Of a DNA stretch of 43,684 nucleotides, positions 17,882 to 27,487 are shown one piece after another (within the stretch, counting starts at the first letter, position 1; the number at the start of each line of letters is the position of its first letter). A model generated the notes under the pieces. It did not search any database, was not told where the DNA came from, and saw only the letters and a program-made list of their open reading frames with translations. Both the position numbers and the translations under genes were made by a program. The stretch lies in NCBI GenBank assembly GCA_029561175.1, contig JAKQJL010000014.1, positions 1 to 43,684 on the forward strand, in the 5' to 3' direction. Source of the stretch: a bacterium. Its GTDB lineage: Bacteria; Patescibacteriota; Microgenomatia; UBA12405.

Positions 17882-20658
17882 CGTGATAATTTTATCGATA
17901 AATTATCACCTTTTTCAATTGATATAGCTAATGTTTTGGCAAGTATTTGTTTTTCGAATGATTCTGGCCAATTTGGTGCGATAATTTCGATTTTATCGTT
18001 TACTTTTAGTCCAGTTTCTTTTCTCAATACTTGAATTTGTCGAACAAAGTCTCGATATTCTCCTTCGGCGATTAGTTCGGGAGTAAGATTGGTATCGATG
18101 GTGGCTGATATGACAGAAGATTGGCTAATAACTATTTCTTTAATATTTGTTTCTTCTTTGATTATTTCTAAAATTGAAGGAGACAAAATTTGAGGACAGG
18201 AAATAGTGGCTTTGGCTAATGGTTGGCGAACTTTGAGAGCAGCCTTTTGTCGTTGAGCGTGAATTTCTTGACAGATATCGCGAGCATAAGACATTTCAAT
18301 TTCTAGATTTTTATCAATTAAGCTTGAGTTTAAAGTTGGCCAGTTGGAAGTGTGGACAGTTTTGTTTGAAGTTGCGAATTCATCACCGATTAAACTATGA
18401 TAAAAAACTTCAGAAATAAAAGGCAGGAAAGGTGAAATAATCACAGTTAAATTATTAAAAACATAGTCTAAGACAAGATGATTATCGGAACGATCTCGAC
18501 TACGACGAATATACCAAGTAGATAAATCACTGACAAAAGATTGAATAGCTTCAGTGGCTTTGACGGTGGAATATTTGTCTAGAGTTTTGCTAGTAATGTC
18601 TAAGGTGTGGTGTAATCTAGATATTATCCATTTATCAAGTTGGTTGGTTACCGAGGCTGGGTCAAAATCTGTTTTTTGAAAATTATCTAAATTGGCGTGT
18701 TGAACAAAAAATTTAAATGAATTCCAAAGGATCAAGATAAAATCACGCTTAACTTGATTGGCAATGTCGTAACCAAAATTGACACTGATGTATGGTTTTT
18801 GTTGGTAGTATAGCCATCTCATAGCATCGGCAGTCATTTTTTCAACAGCATCATCAAAAGGAATACCATTCTTTTTGGTTTTGCTCATTCTTTCACCTTT
18901 TTCATCACGAACTTCGGCATGAGAAACCACATTGAGGTAAGGGGCTTGATTTTCTTGGGCAACTCCAAAGAATAGCATGGAATAAAACCAGAGTCTTATT
19001 TGTTCAATCATTTCTAAAACGCAGTCTGCGGGAAACCATTTTTTCCAATATTCTGGATGATCTAAGTAATTTAAAGTTGAAAAAGGAACTACGCCAGCAT
19101 CAAGCCAACAGTCTCCAACATCGGCAACTCTTTTAACATTTTTTCCACAGTGAGGACATTTAATTTCGATATCATCAATATAAGGACGATGAAGGCTTTT
19201 TAAAGAATCAACATTACTTGGGTTAACTGCTAAATCTTTTAATTCTTCTAAGTTTCCAATAACAGTTAAATGACCACACTCACAATCATAAAATGGTAGA
19301 GCGAGGCCATAAAAGCGTTTACGACTAATCATCCAATCTCCCATATTGTCTAGCCAATTTTGCATTCTGCGACTAGTATATTTTGGGTGCCAGTTAACTG
19401 TTTCGGCTGCTTTTTTAAGATGAGGACGGATTTCATCTGTTTTGATATACCAAGAATTTTCTAATCTAAATAAACATTTAGTTTTACAACGCCAACAATG
19501 TGGATAGCGATGAGTAATTGATTCGGTTTTAAATAGAGCGTCATTTTTTTGAAGATAATCAAAAACTTGTTGATTAACATCGTGAGCATAAAGTCCTGAT
19601 AAGTCTCCATACCCAGAGAGAAAGTGTCCAGTTTCATCTAGAGGAGCGATCATGTCTGAATTTAGTTTTTGTCCTAATTCAAAATCTTCTTGACCACATC
19701 CTGGAGCAATATGAACTACCCCGGTTCCTTCTTGGGGGTTGACTAGTTCCCAGTTAGTAATATAGTGATTAATATTTTCTTGGGCTGGTATTTGATAAAG
19801 AGATTGATATGGTTGATTTAATAGGACTTGAGGGTCGATGGTTTGATAATCAGTGAGGCCCAAACGATCGGCAGCTGTTTTAGCTAGATAAAGATATTGT
19901 TGATTACTTTTAGCTTTGACATATTCAAAATCAGTATTGATGGCTAATAAGACATTGGCCGATAAGGTCCAAGGAGTGGTTGTCCAAGCTAAAACATACT
20001 CATTTTCAGTATTAGTTAGTTTGAATTTTAAATATACTGAAGTATCGGTAATATCTTTGTATCCATCAGCTTGTTCGTGTTGAGATAAACCGGTTTCACA
20101 TCGTGGGCACCAGGTGGTAGCACTTTTTTTCTTTACTAACCAACCTTTTTGATGAATTGTTTTTAAAAAGTGCCAAATGTATAAATTATTTGTTTTTGAA
20201 TTCGTGTAATAGGAGTTTTCCCAATCCATGAACATTCCAAGTCTTTTGGATTGTTCTGTTTGAAGACTAGCAAATTTATCGACTCGAGCGACGCAAGCTT
20301 GAGTAAAGTTATCTAATCCAAAAGTTTGAATATCTTTTTTTGAATTAAAACCATTGTCTTTTTCAACTTCAACTTCAACCCATAAACCTTGGCAATCAAA
20401 ACCATTTTGGAAACGTTGTTGGTGCCCGGTAAGGTTTTTGTATCTTTGAAATAAATCTTTTAAGGCTCGACCTCGAGCGTGATGAACACCCATTGGACCA
20501 TTAGCAGTAATTGGGCCATCAATAAAAGAAAATTTTTTATCGGCTGAATCGTTTTTATGAAGATATTGATTAATAATGTCGTGTTGATACCACCATTCAA
20601 TTATTTGTTTTTCGAGTTCAGAAAAACTTGGGTTTGAAGGAAGATCAGTGTAAGACAT
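17878..20658 (-). CDS. ileS: isoleucyl-tRNA synthetase, type 2, GxHH motif variant
   Basis: DGPITANG-PMGVHH, GFDCQGL, WTTTPWTL and GTGVVHIAPG editing motifs, YPHCWRC, DWMISR, RMSKT, type-2 C-terminus. Confidence 0.96.
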   Translation of the reverse strand: MSYTDLPSNPSFSELEKQIIEWWYQHDIINQYLHKNDSADKKFSFIDGPITANGPMGVHHARGRALKDLFQRYKNLTGHQQRFQNGFDCQGLWVEVEVEKDNGFNSKKDIQTFGLDNFTQACVARVDKFASLQTEQSKRLGMFMDWENSYYTNSKTNNLYIWHFLKTIHQKGWLVKKKSATTWCPRCETGLSQHEQADGYKDITDTSVYLKFKLTNTENEYVLAWTTTPWTLSANVLLAINTDFEYVKAKSNQQYLYLAKTAADRLGLTDYQTIDPQVLLNQPYQSLYQIPAQENINHYITNWELVNPQEGTGVVHIAPGCGQEDFELGQKLNSDMIAPLDETGHFLSGYGDLSGLYAHDVNQQVFDYLQKNDALFKTESITHRYPHCWRCKTKCLFRLENSWYIKTDEIRPHLKKAAETVNWHPKYTSRRMQNWLDNMGDWMISRKRFYGLALPFYDCECGHLTVIGNLEELKDLAVNPSNVDSLKSLHRPYIDDIEIKCPHCGKNVKRVADVGDCWLDAGVVPFSTLNYLDHPEYWKKWFPADCVLEMIEQIRLWFYSMLFFGVAQENQAPYLNVVSHAEVRDEKGERMSKTKKNGIPFDDAVEKMTADAMRWLYYQQKPYISVNFGYDIANQVKRDFILILWNSFKFFVQHANLDNFQKTDFDPASVTNQLDKWIISRLHHTLDITSKTLDKYSTVKATEAIQSFVSDLSTWYIRRSRDRSDNHLVLDYVFNNLTVIISPFLPFISEVFYHSLIGDEFATSNKTVHTSNWPTLNSSLIDKNLEIEMSYARDICQEIHAQRQKAALKVRQPLAKATISCPQILSPSILEIIKEETNIKEIVISQSSVISATIDTNLTPELIAEGEYRDFVRQIQVLRKETGLKVNDKIEIIAPNWPESFEKQILAKTLAISIEKGDNLSIKLSR

Positions 20659-20664
20659 GACCTG

Positions 20665-20670
20665 ATTATA
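20665..20670 (-). promoter_or_regulatory. -10 box for leaderless ileS-rodA mRNA
   Basis: TATAAT-CAGGTC-ATG (6-nt spacer). Confidence 0.65.
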
Positions 20671-20677
20671 GCTTATC

Positions 20678-21820
20678 TTAGTTGTTTTTTCTTAAAAATG
20701 ATGGGATATCTAGTTCGTCGGCAATATCAATACCGGTAGGTAAATCTTTTTTGGATAAAAACTCTTCAACTTGTTGATTATTGGTTTGATTAATTGGAGT
20801 TTCAGTTTTTTCCTCAGAGACGGTAATAAGTTTTTTGTAAGATGAAAATGGTTTTAAACGAGAACTGTCAAAACCAGTGGCAATTACTGAAATTTTAATG
20901 GTGTCTTTTAGCTCTGGATCAATGTTGGCTCCAAAAATAATATTGGCGTCTGGAGCAGCGTGGTTGGTGATTGTTTGCGCGGCTTCTTCAATTTCAGCCA
21001 TGGTTAAATCTGGACCACCGGTAATGTTGATCAAAACTCCTCTGGCGCCATCGATATTAACTTCGACTAAAGGTAGCTCAATTGCCATCTCAACGGCCTT
21101 TGAGGCTTTGTTTTCACCGCTAGCCTCACCTACTCCCATTAAGGCAGTACCGGCGTTACTCATGATTGATTTGATATCAGCAAAGTCTAGATTGATTAAA
21201 CCTGGGGTGGTGATTAAATCGGCTATGGCTTTGGTACCTTTTTGAAGAACTGAATCGGCAATTTTAAAGGCTTCAACTAAGGTTACTTGATCGTTTACCA
21301 CCTCCATGACTTTTTGGTTGGGGATAACAATGAGAGTGTCGACATTTTTCTTTAGACGTTCAATACCTTCTTCGGCATTAGTCATTCGACGAGTACCCTC
21401 AAAAGAAAATGGTTTGGTAACGACGGCAATAGTAAGAATTCCTAATTCATTTTTAGCGATATCGGCAATAATTGGGGCAGATCCAGTACAAGTTCCTCCA
21501 CCCATACCTCCAGTAATAAAAACCATATCAGCTTCGGATAAAGTTTCTTTGATTCGGTCTTTTGATTCTTGGGCGGCTTCTTGACCAACTTGAGGATTTC
21601 CACCAGCACCCAATCCCTTGGTTAATTTTTCTCCGATTTGGATTTTTATGGGGGCTAGAGAGTTTAAAAGTGCTTGAGAATCGGTATTAATCGCAATGAA
21701 ATCAACTCCATGGATATTATCTTCAGAAATCATTGAGTTGATGGCATTGTTACCACCACCACCTACTCCTAAAACTTTAATTTTGGCAAATTGTCCTGAT
21801 AAAGTTTTTATTAGTCCCAT
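20678..21820 (-). CDS. ftsZ: cell division protein FtsZ
   Basis: GVGGGGNNA, GLGAG, GGMGGGTCTG, INLDFAD, C-terminal LDIPSFLR. Confidence 0.99.
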   Translation of the reverse strand: MGLIKTLSGQFAKIKVLGVGGGGNNAINSMISEDNIHGVDFIAINTDSQALLNSLAPIKIQIGEKLTKGLGAGGNPQVGQEAAQESKDRIKETLSEADMVFITGGMGGGTCTGSAPIIADIAKNELGILTIAVVTKPFSFEGTRRMTNAEEGIERLKKNVDTLIVIPNQKVMEVVNDQVTLVEAFKIADSVLQKGTKAIADLITTPGLINLDFADIKSIMSNAGTALMGVGEASGENKASKAVEMAIELPLVEVNIDGARGVLINITGGPDLTMAEIEEAAQTITNHAAPDANIIFGANIDPELKDTIKISVIATGFDSSRLKPFSSYKKLITVSEEKTETPINQTNNQQVEEFLSKKDLPTGIDIADELDIPSFLRKNN

Positions 21821-21822
21821 AT

Positions 21823-23070
21823 TTAAGGTAAAAGAGGTTCAATAATGCTTTTTAATTTACCGAAGATGCCAGTGAAAGAATTGGCAATTTTTTTGTTGGC
21901 AGATGGAGTGAATTGAACTTCTGTTAAGCCGTATTGTAATAAACCAATAGAGCTAACAAAGGCTGGATTTTGAATATCATCAATTACCCCACCTATTTTG
22001 GGAGGATTAGCAATTCTGACTGGTAAAGGAATTACTTTGGAGCAAGTGTCTTTAATATTTAGTATTTGAGAACCGCCACCAGTTAAGACAATTCCAGAAG
22101 GAATCAGATTGATTAAACCACTTGACTCAATTTGGTTGTAAATAATAGTAAAAATTTCTTCTAATCTAGGTTTAATGATGCCATTAATTGCGGTTTGAAG
22201 AGAGATTTTGTGTTTTTCTTCGGAAATTATGCCAAATTGAGAGATATCAATTTCATCTTCAAATTTTTGAGAATTGTTAAATTTTTCGAGTTTTAATTTA
22301 ACTTTGTCAGCGTCTTCTAAAGAAAGTCGAAGTCCAATTGCCAAATCGTTAGTAACATTGGCTGAACCGACTGGAATTACTGATGAAAAAGCTGGTTTTC
22401 CCTCAGTAAAAATAGTTAAAGAAGTAACAGTGCCACCAATATCAATCAAAGCAATTCCTAATTCTTTTTCAGTATTGGTTAAACAAGCTTTTGCTGAGGC
22501 TAAACCGGAATAAACTAAGCTATCAATTTTAATACCAACATCGTCAAAGCATTTTCGAATATTTTTAATGGCTGGTGATGAGGCAAAAATCAGATGGGAT
22601 TCAAGTTCAAGCTTAGAACCGCTCATGCCGATGGGGTTAATAACTCCGTCTTGATCGTCAACAATGTATTTTCTTGGAATTACATGGATAATTTCCTTGC
22701 CAACAGGAATACTGACTGATTTTGAGGCTTCAATTATTCGAGAAATGTCGTGCTGAATAATTTCGTTGTTGGGTGAGCTGATTGAAACAATACTATGTGA
22801 GTTTTGAGATTCAATATAATTAGCTGCAATTGAAACAACGGCGTTGTTAATTTGAAAACCAGCCATTCTTTCGGCAGCTTCAACACTTTGAGTGATGGCT
22901 TGGGTGGCCTGATCAATATTAACTATTTGTCCTTTTCGAAAACCAGCAGCTGGAGAAGATGAAACTGCCACAATATTGAATCTATCTTCAACATCAAAAT
23001 ATTGACCAATAATGGTAGTTATTTTTGTCGATCCAATGTCGATACCGTTAATTATTCTTGAATGTTGCAT
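21823..23070 (-). CDS. ftsA: cell division protein FtsA
   Basis: GIDIGSTK, IDIGG, VLTGGGS, C-terminal amphipathic helix; ATG 23070 preferred over 23094. Confidence 0.96.
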   Translation of the reverse strand: MQHSRIINGIDIGSTKITTIIGQYFDVEDRFNIVAVSSSPAAGFRKGQIVNIDQATQAITQSVEAAERMAGFQINNAVVSIAANYIESQNSHSIVSISSPNNEIIQHDISRIIEASKSVSIPVGKEIIHVIPRKYIVDDQDGVINPIGMSGSKLELESHLIFASSPAIKNIRKCFDDVGIKIDSLVYSGLASAKACLTNTEKELGIALIDIGGTVTSLTIFTEGKPAFSSVIPVGSANVTNDLAIGLRLSLEDADKVKLKLEKFNNSQKFEDEIDISQFGIISEEKHKISLQTAINGIIKPRLEEIFTIIYNQIESSGLINLIPSGIVLTGGGSQILNIKDTCSKVIPLPVRIANPPKIGGVIDDIQNPAFVSSIGLLQYGLTEVQFTPSANKKIANSFTGIFGKLKSIIEPLLP

Positions 23071-23416
23071 ATGGATGATTTTGAGCAAAATCAATTAAGG
23101 TTAATTGTTTGCCTATTATATTAGCTTTTTTTGAAAGATTTTGTAAGACAACAAATTGAGTATAAATATTTTTTTGGGTAGAAAAAATAATCTTTGTTGA
23201 ATTATCAGAAAATTCAATTTCATTTAAAAATGGACGAAAAACAAGATTTTGATAATTAAAATTTAATTTTGATGAGGTTAATTTAAATATTTGAATTTTT
23301 GAAGAAAAATCTGATGGTTGATTTTTTAAAGTGATTTTAGAGGTGTTTAAATATAGAAATAATTGAATAATAATGATCAATAACGGAAAAACAAAAAGAA
23401 AGTTATACCATTTCAT
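23048..23416 (-). CDS. minimal FtsQ-like membrane protein (positional)
   Basis: one TM; located between murG and ftsA; C-terminal LIDFAQNHP resembles the FtsQ YIDLR..P end; only 122 aa. Confidence 0.55.
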   Translation of the reverse strand: MKWYNFLFVFPLLIIIIQLFLYLNTSKITLKNQPSDFSSKIQIFKLTSSKLNFNYQNLVFRPFLNEIEFSDNSTKIIFSTQKNIYTQFVVLQNLSKKANIIGKQLTLIDFAQNHPYATFKNN

Positions 23417-24464
23417 AAAATAGTTTAAAAAATGGATGAATAGCTGAACTGGGTTTAAAATTTACTTGGTTGTTTACTTTTGATAAACGAAGAATTGAAT
23501 TAACTAATTTAGTAGAAGTGAGCTGATCTTGGTTAATGATAATAATGTTGTTAGGTGATTTGTTTTGTAGCCAGTTGGCATTGAGTTGTTGTTCGTTTTG
23601 TTGACTAAAAGGTAGGGGTATTAAAATAGCTTTTTGATTAAAAGTGAAAATTTCAAAACAAGTGTTGGCACCTGCTCGTCCGATAATTAAGTTGGCATGT
23701 TTAAAAATCCAACCAATATCTTGAGAAGAGATATATTCAGTTTGGTAGTAACGAGAGTGATGATAATTTTGAATGATGTTTTTATTTTTACCAGTTTGAT
23801 GAATGATGGTAAAGTTGGTTAGTTTTGAAAGAGAATTAATCAGATGTTGGTTGATAATCGCCGAACCTTGATTGCCGCCAGTAATATAGATAAGAGGGTA
23901 TTTTTTTATTTGCTTTTGAAGAGGGTTAAAAGTAGATCGGTTGGTTTGATATAGTTGTTGTCTGACTAAATTACCAGTAACTATAGTTTTTGAAGGTGGC
24001 AAATTGTTTTTAGTATCAAAAGAAAGAGCGATTTTATTAACAAACAATGAACAAATTTTGGTGGTTAAGCTAATAGTTAATGTTTGTTCGTGAATAATTG
24101 ATTTAATTTGATTAACTCTTGAAGCGATTATTACAGGAACTGAAACGTAACCTCCAAAAGAAACAACCAGATTTGGCTTAATTTGCCTAATTAAATAAAA
24201 ACTCCTAAAAAAAGAAAATAAAGTTAATGGGATACCTTTAATAGTGTTAAACAAAGAAATTCGATCGAGTTTACCACTGGGTATATTAATAATTTGAATA
24301 TCTTTTTTTTTAAAAACAGGATCGTCAAGATGATTGTCTGAAGAAAATTTATGAGTTAAATAAAAAATTTTCCAAGAAAAATGAGTGTCTTGACGAAGGT
24401 GATTGATTAGTTCAATGGCTGGAGTGTGATGAACTCCGGTGATGATGATGGTTTTGTTGATCAC
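23403..24464 (-). CDS. murG: lipid II GlcNAc transferase MurG
   Basis: ITGVHHTPA, SFGGYVSVP, IHEQ, TGN, TGGNQGS, GRAGANT, EQQLNA; GTG start. Confidence 0.93.
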   Translation of the reverse strand: MINKTIIITGVHHTPAIELINHLRQDTHFSWKIFYLTHKFSSDNHLDDPVFKKKDIQIINIPSGKLDRISLFNTIKGIPLTLFSFFRSFYLIRQIKPNLVVSFGGYVSVPVIIASRVNQIKSIIHEQTLTISLTTKICSLFVNKIALSFDTKNNLPPSKTIVTGNLVRQQLYQTNRSTFNPLQKQIKKYPLIYITGGNQGSAIINQHLINSLSKLTNFTIIHQTGKNKNIIQNYHHSRYYQTEYISSQDIGWIFKHANLIIGRAGANTCFEIFTFNQKAILIPLPFSQQNEQQLNANWLQNKSPNNIIIINQDQLTSTKLVNSILRLSKVNNQVNFKPSSAIHPFFKLFYEMV

Positions 24465-25548
24465 TGTTTTTTAAGTATAACAATTGTTGTTGTCGGTGAA
24501 TATTGGCGACAACTCCTAAACCTAAATATAAACTTACTAAAGAAGAACCGCCGTAAGAAATAAAAGGTAGTGGCATTCCGGTTAGAGGAATTATTGAAGT
24601 AATTGCCCCAAGATTAATTAAAGCTTGAAAAGCAATCCAGAGGCTGATTCCGATAGTAAATAGCTGAGTTGAGTGGTCGGTAAGAGTGTTTGAGAAATTA
24701 ATCAGATGACTAACTAAATACAAATAGGCAAGACAGATGATTAACATACCAATAAATCCTGTTTCTTCACCAATAACAGCAGCAATTGAATCAGTAGATA
24801 CTTTAGGTAGAAACATATATTTTTGATCTGAATTAGCGAAACCTTTACCAAAAATATGGCCTGAAGCCAGGCTGACAATTAGCTGGTTGCTGTGGTAAGC
24901 CTGAGTTGATTGTGGGTTGATTAGTGATTGAAGTCTTTTTAGACGGTATGGTGAGGTAATGGTTAAGATAATACCTAAAAATAAGGCAATAACACCGATA
25001 ATAAAAATAGATTTGATATCACCATTGGCTAGATAAAAAAGAAAAATCGAAATTGTGGCAATTAGAATGGTAGTACTTAGGTTTGGTTCGATAATGATTA
25101 AGAAAAGACCAATTACTAAAGGAATAAAAAAGTGTTTTAAATTAACATTTTTAGTGAGAATGTTGGAAAAATAAAGTATTGAAGTAAATTTAAAAAGTTC
25201 TGATGGTTGAACTCCAAAGAAACCAAAATTTAACCATCGATTGGCACCTAAGATTTTTAATCCAAACTGAGGAATGACAACTAAAAAAAGTAAGAAGAGA
25301 GAAAAATAAAATAATATCGGGGAAAATTTTTTAATTAAAGAATAATCAAGATATCGAATAATAAAAAAAATAGAGAGACCGATTAATGACCAGATTAATT
25401 GTTTTTTGGCGATGCCAAAGCTTACTCCAGTTAAGTTGATAGATTCGAATGGTGAGCTGATTGATAAAAATACTAGACCGATAAAATTTAAGAAAAATAA
25501 GTAACCAAAAATGTGCCAAAAGGATATTGGTTTATTGTTTGTGGTCAT
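24412..25548 (-). CDS. ftsW: SEDS family cell division protein FtsW
   Basis: GANRWL, QPSE, EPNLST, SPYRLKRL, LPKVSTD, PLTGMPLPFISYGGSS; upstream of murG. Confidence 0.93.
   Translation of the reverse strand: MTTNNKPISFWHIFGYLFFLNFIGLVFLSISSPFESINLTGVSFGIAKKQLIWSLIGLSIFFIIRYLDYSLIKKFSPILFYFSLFLLFLVVIPQFGLKILGANRWLNFGFFGVQPSELFKFTSILYFSNILTKNVNLKHFFIPLVIGLFLIIIEPNLSTTILIATISIFLFYLANGDIKSIFIIGVIALFLGIILTITSPYRLKRLQSLINPQSTQAYHSNQLIVSLASGHIFGKGFANSDQKYMFLPKVSTDSIAAVIGEETGFIGMLIICLAYLYLVSHLINFSNTLTDHSTQLFTIGISLWIAFQALINLGAITSIIPLTGMPLPFISYGGSSLVSLYLGLGVVANIHRQQQLLYLKNSDQQNHHHHRSSSHSSH
24474..24482 (-). promoter_or_regulatory. putative internal extended -10 promoter for murG inside the ftsW 3' end
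   Basis: TGTTATACT 9 nt before the murG GTG. Confidence 0.45.
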
Positions 25549-26653
25549 TTAGCAATTTGTTGATGTAAACCTCAGGAATTTCTTGAAAATTTTCGGGTTG
25601 ATCGACCAATTGATGATCAAAATTATATTGGTAAATAGTGGTTTGTTGTTTGTTTTTAAGATTAAGTTGGGCACCTATTAATTCTTGATTAAACCGTTGA
25701 TTTTCTTGCTGATCAGAAATATTAAAATTATGAGGGATAAATGAAAGAAGATGAAAATAAAAAAGTGGGTTGAGCGATGCTTGAATCTCAAGCTGAGTGT
25801 AAAAACTAAAAGAAGCAGTTAAACGAGGATTGCACTCTAAAAGATAAACTTTATTTTGGTTTACAAAAAAGTCTAAACCAAAAAAACCTCGATAATGATT
25901 TTCTTTTAAGATTTCTCCAAAAGAATTAGTAATTTCAAGAACTTGTGATTTTATAGACGAACTAATATTTGCAGGCCATTGACGGCCAACGGTGGTGAAT
26001 GGATTATCAGTAAGTTTTTTAATACCAGTAAATTGAAGTGCTGGTGGACTTTGAAAAAGATGTGAATCAACTAGACAGCAATTATTTAAAAGAGTGTATC
26101 CTGACAAATAGGGTGAAATTTTAATTGGAGTATTGTCGGGGAGCAGTGGTTGAAAATTTTTAAGAAAAAAAGTTGAATTACCTGCCCAACCAAAGTGACT
26201 TTGAATAACTAGAGGGGTTTGAAATTTTTCAAAAGCTTGATTAATGTTATCAGAGGTAAAGGTGGTAATTAAGTGCGGAATAATTGGGATGTTTTTTAAT
26301 GAACAAATTGTGGGAAATTTAATTTTATCTTCAAAAAAACGATTAAGCTTGCTGGAATTGGCGGCGTAAATCCATTGATATTTTTGACAAATTTTCTCGA
26401 TTTTACCAGATGGTTTAAAAGGAATAATTATATTTTTCTTATTAGTTGAGTTAGCCAAATTTTGAAGATAATCAATTGTTTTTTGGTTTTCTATAAAGAC
26501 CCCTGTATTTTTTAAAGATAAGTTTATTTTTAAAGTTATAGGGGAAATTGAATAGAAGTTTGGTAACTGAGGAAGATTAATATCTAAGAATTGATCCAGA
26601 CAAAGATAGACAAAATTATAAGGTAATGATGAGAGATAACTTAGTAAATTCAT
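25532..26653 (-). CDS. ATP-grasp domain ligase of unknown specificity
   Basis: FEDKIKF, PLVIQSHFGWAGNSTFF, YRGFFGLDFF, LLECNPR (ExNxR); lacks the Ddl N-terminal GGxSxE motif. Confidence 0.82.
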   Translation of the reverse strand: MNLLSYLSSLPYNFVYLCLDQFLDINLPQLPNFYSISPITLKINLSLKNTGVFIENQKTIDYLQNLANSTNKKNIIIPFKPSGKIEKICQKYQWIYAANSSKLNRFFEDKIKFPTICSLKNIPIIPHLITTFTSDNINQAFEKFQTPLVIQSHFGWAGNSTFFLKNFQPLLPDNTPIKISPYLSGYTLLNNCCLVDSHLFQSPPALQFTGIKKLTDNPFTTVGRQWPANISSSIKSQVLEITNSFGEILKENHYRGFFGLDFFVNQNKVYLLECNPRLTASFSFYTQLEIQASLNPLFYFHLLSFIPHNFNISDQQENQRFNQELIGAQLNLKNKQQTTIYQYNFDHQLVDQPENFQEIPEVYINKLLNDHKQ

Positions 26654-27450
26654 CTTTTAATGCCAGTAACAATTATTAATGGATAATCTCCGATATTAAG
26701 TGATTGGCTAACTTTCTTAAGGCCTGCTAAGGCTAACCCGGCTTCTGGAGAAACAAAAAGCTGATTATCAAGTAGTTCTTGATAACAGGATTTAACTTCA
26801 GAATCGTTAACCACAACTCCCCCACCATGATTTTTTAAGAGAGAAATAATTTTTTGTTTATTGGGAAGTAACTTTACAGATAAAGCATCGGTAATGGTTT
26901 TCATTTCAGAAGTGTAATCTTGATCAAAATAACTACAAATTGGACAAGAAGATGCCGGTTGGACACCAAAAAGTTTGATATTTTTGGGAAGATTTTTTGA
27001 TATTCCTAATAGAGTGGTGCCACTGCCGATAGGTAAAAAAATACTAGTTACTTGAGGTAGTTGAGTTAAAATGTCGATGGTTATCTTCTGGTAACCGATT
27101 TGAGCGTTGGGATCGGTGGATTGGCGAAGAAAAAAAGCCTGGTTTTGTTTGGCGTATTTAAAAGCTGAACTATTAGGTTGAGTTGTTTTAGTAACTTGAG
27201 ATTTAATCAAACTTAGTTTTGAAGCTGAAATATGAGGAGATACAAAAACCTGAAGTTCTAAATTTAATTGACGGCAAAAATAATCTGCTGAAATAGCGGC
27301 ATTTCCTGAAGAAGCAATTACGAATTTTTGGTAACCGAGTTTAATAGCTTGATTGATTTGAAAAGGGATGGCACGATCTTTGGCAGAGCCAGTAATATTT
27401 TGATCTTCGCGAAGATAATAAATATTTTTTATTTTGGTAATTGGAATCAT
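26650..27450 (-). CDS. fold-type II PLP-dependent enzyme, threonine synthase-like
   Basis: REDQNITGSAKDR (PLP Lys), ASSGNAA, PIGSGTT, SPEAGLALAG, terminal VTG; short (266 aa). Confidence 0.85.
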   Translation of the reverse strand: MIPITKIKNIYYLREDQNITGSAKDRAIPFQINQAIKLGYQKFVIASSGNAAISADYFCRQLNLELQVFVSPHISASKLSLIKSQVTKTTQPNSSAFKYAKQNQAFFLRQSTDPNAQIGYQKITIDILTQLPQVTSIFLPIGSGTTLLGISKNLPKNIKLFGVQPASSCPICSYFDQDYTSEMKTITDALSVKLLPNKQKIISLLKNHGGGVVVNDSEVKSCYQELLDNQLFVSPEAGLALAGLKKVSQSLNIGDYPLIIVTGIKR

Positions 27451-27487
27451 AGATGCGATATTTGATTATATATGTTATATATAGATT

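Noticed and set aside
24412-24464. His-rich FtsW tail (QQNHHHHRSSSHSSH)
   Set aside because: It is the alternative-frame reading of the murG 5' end (ATC ATC ATC codons) in a 53-nt overlap, so likely incidental
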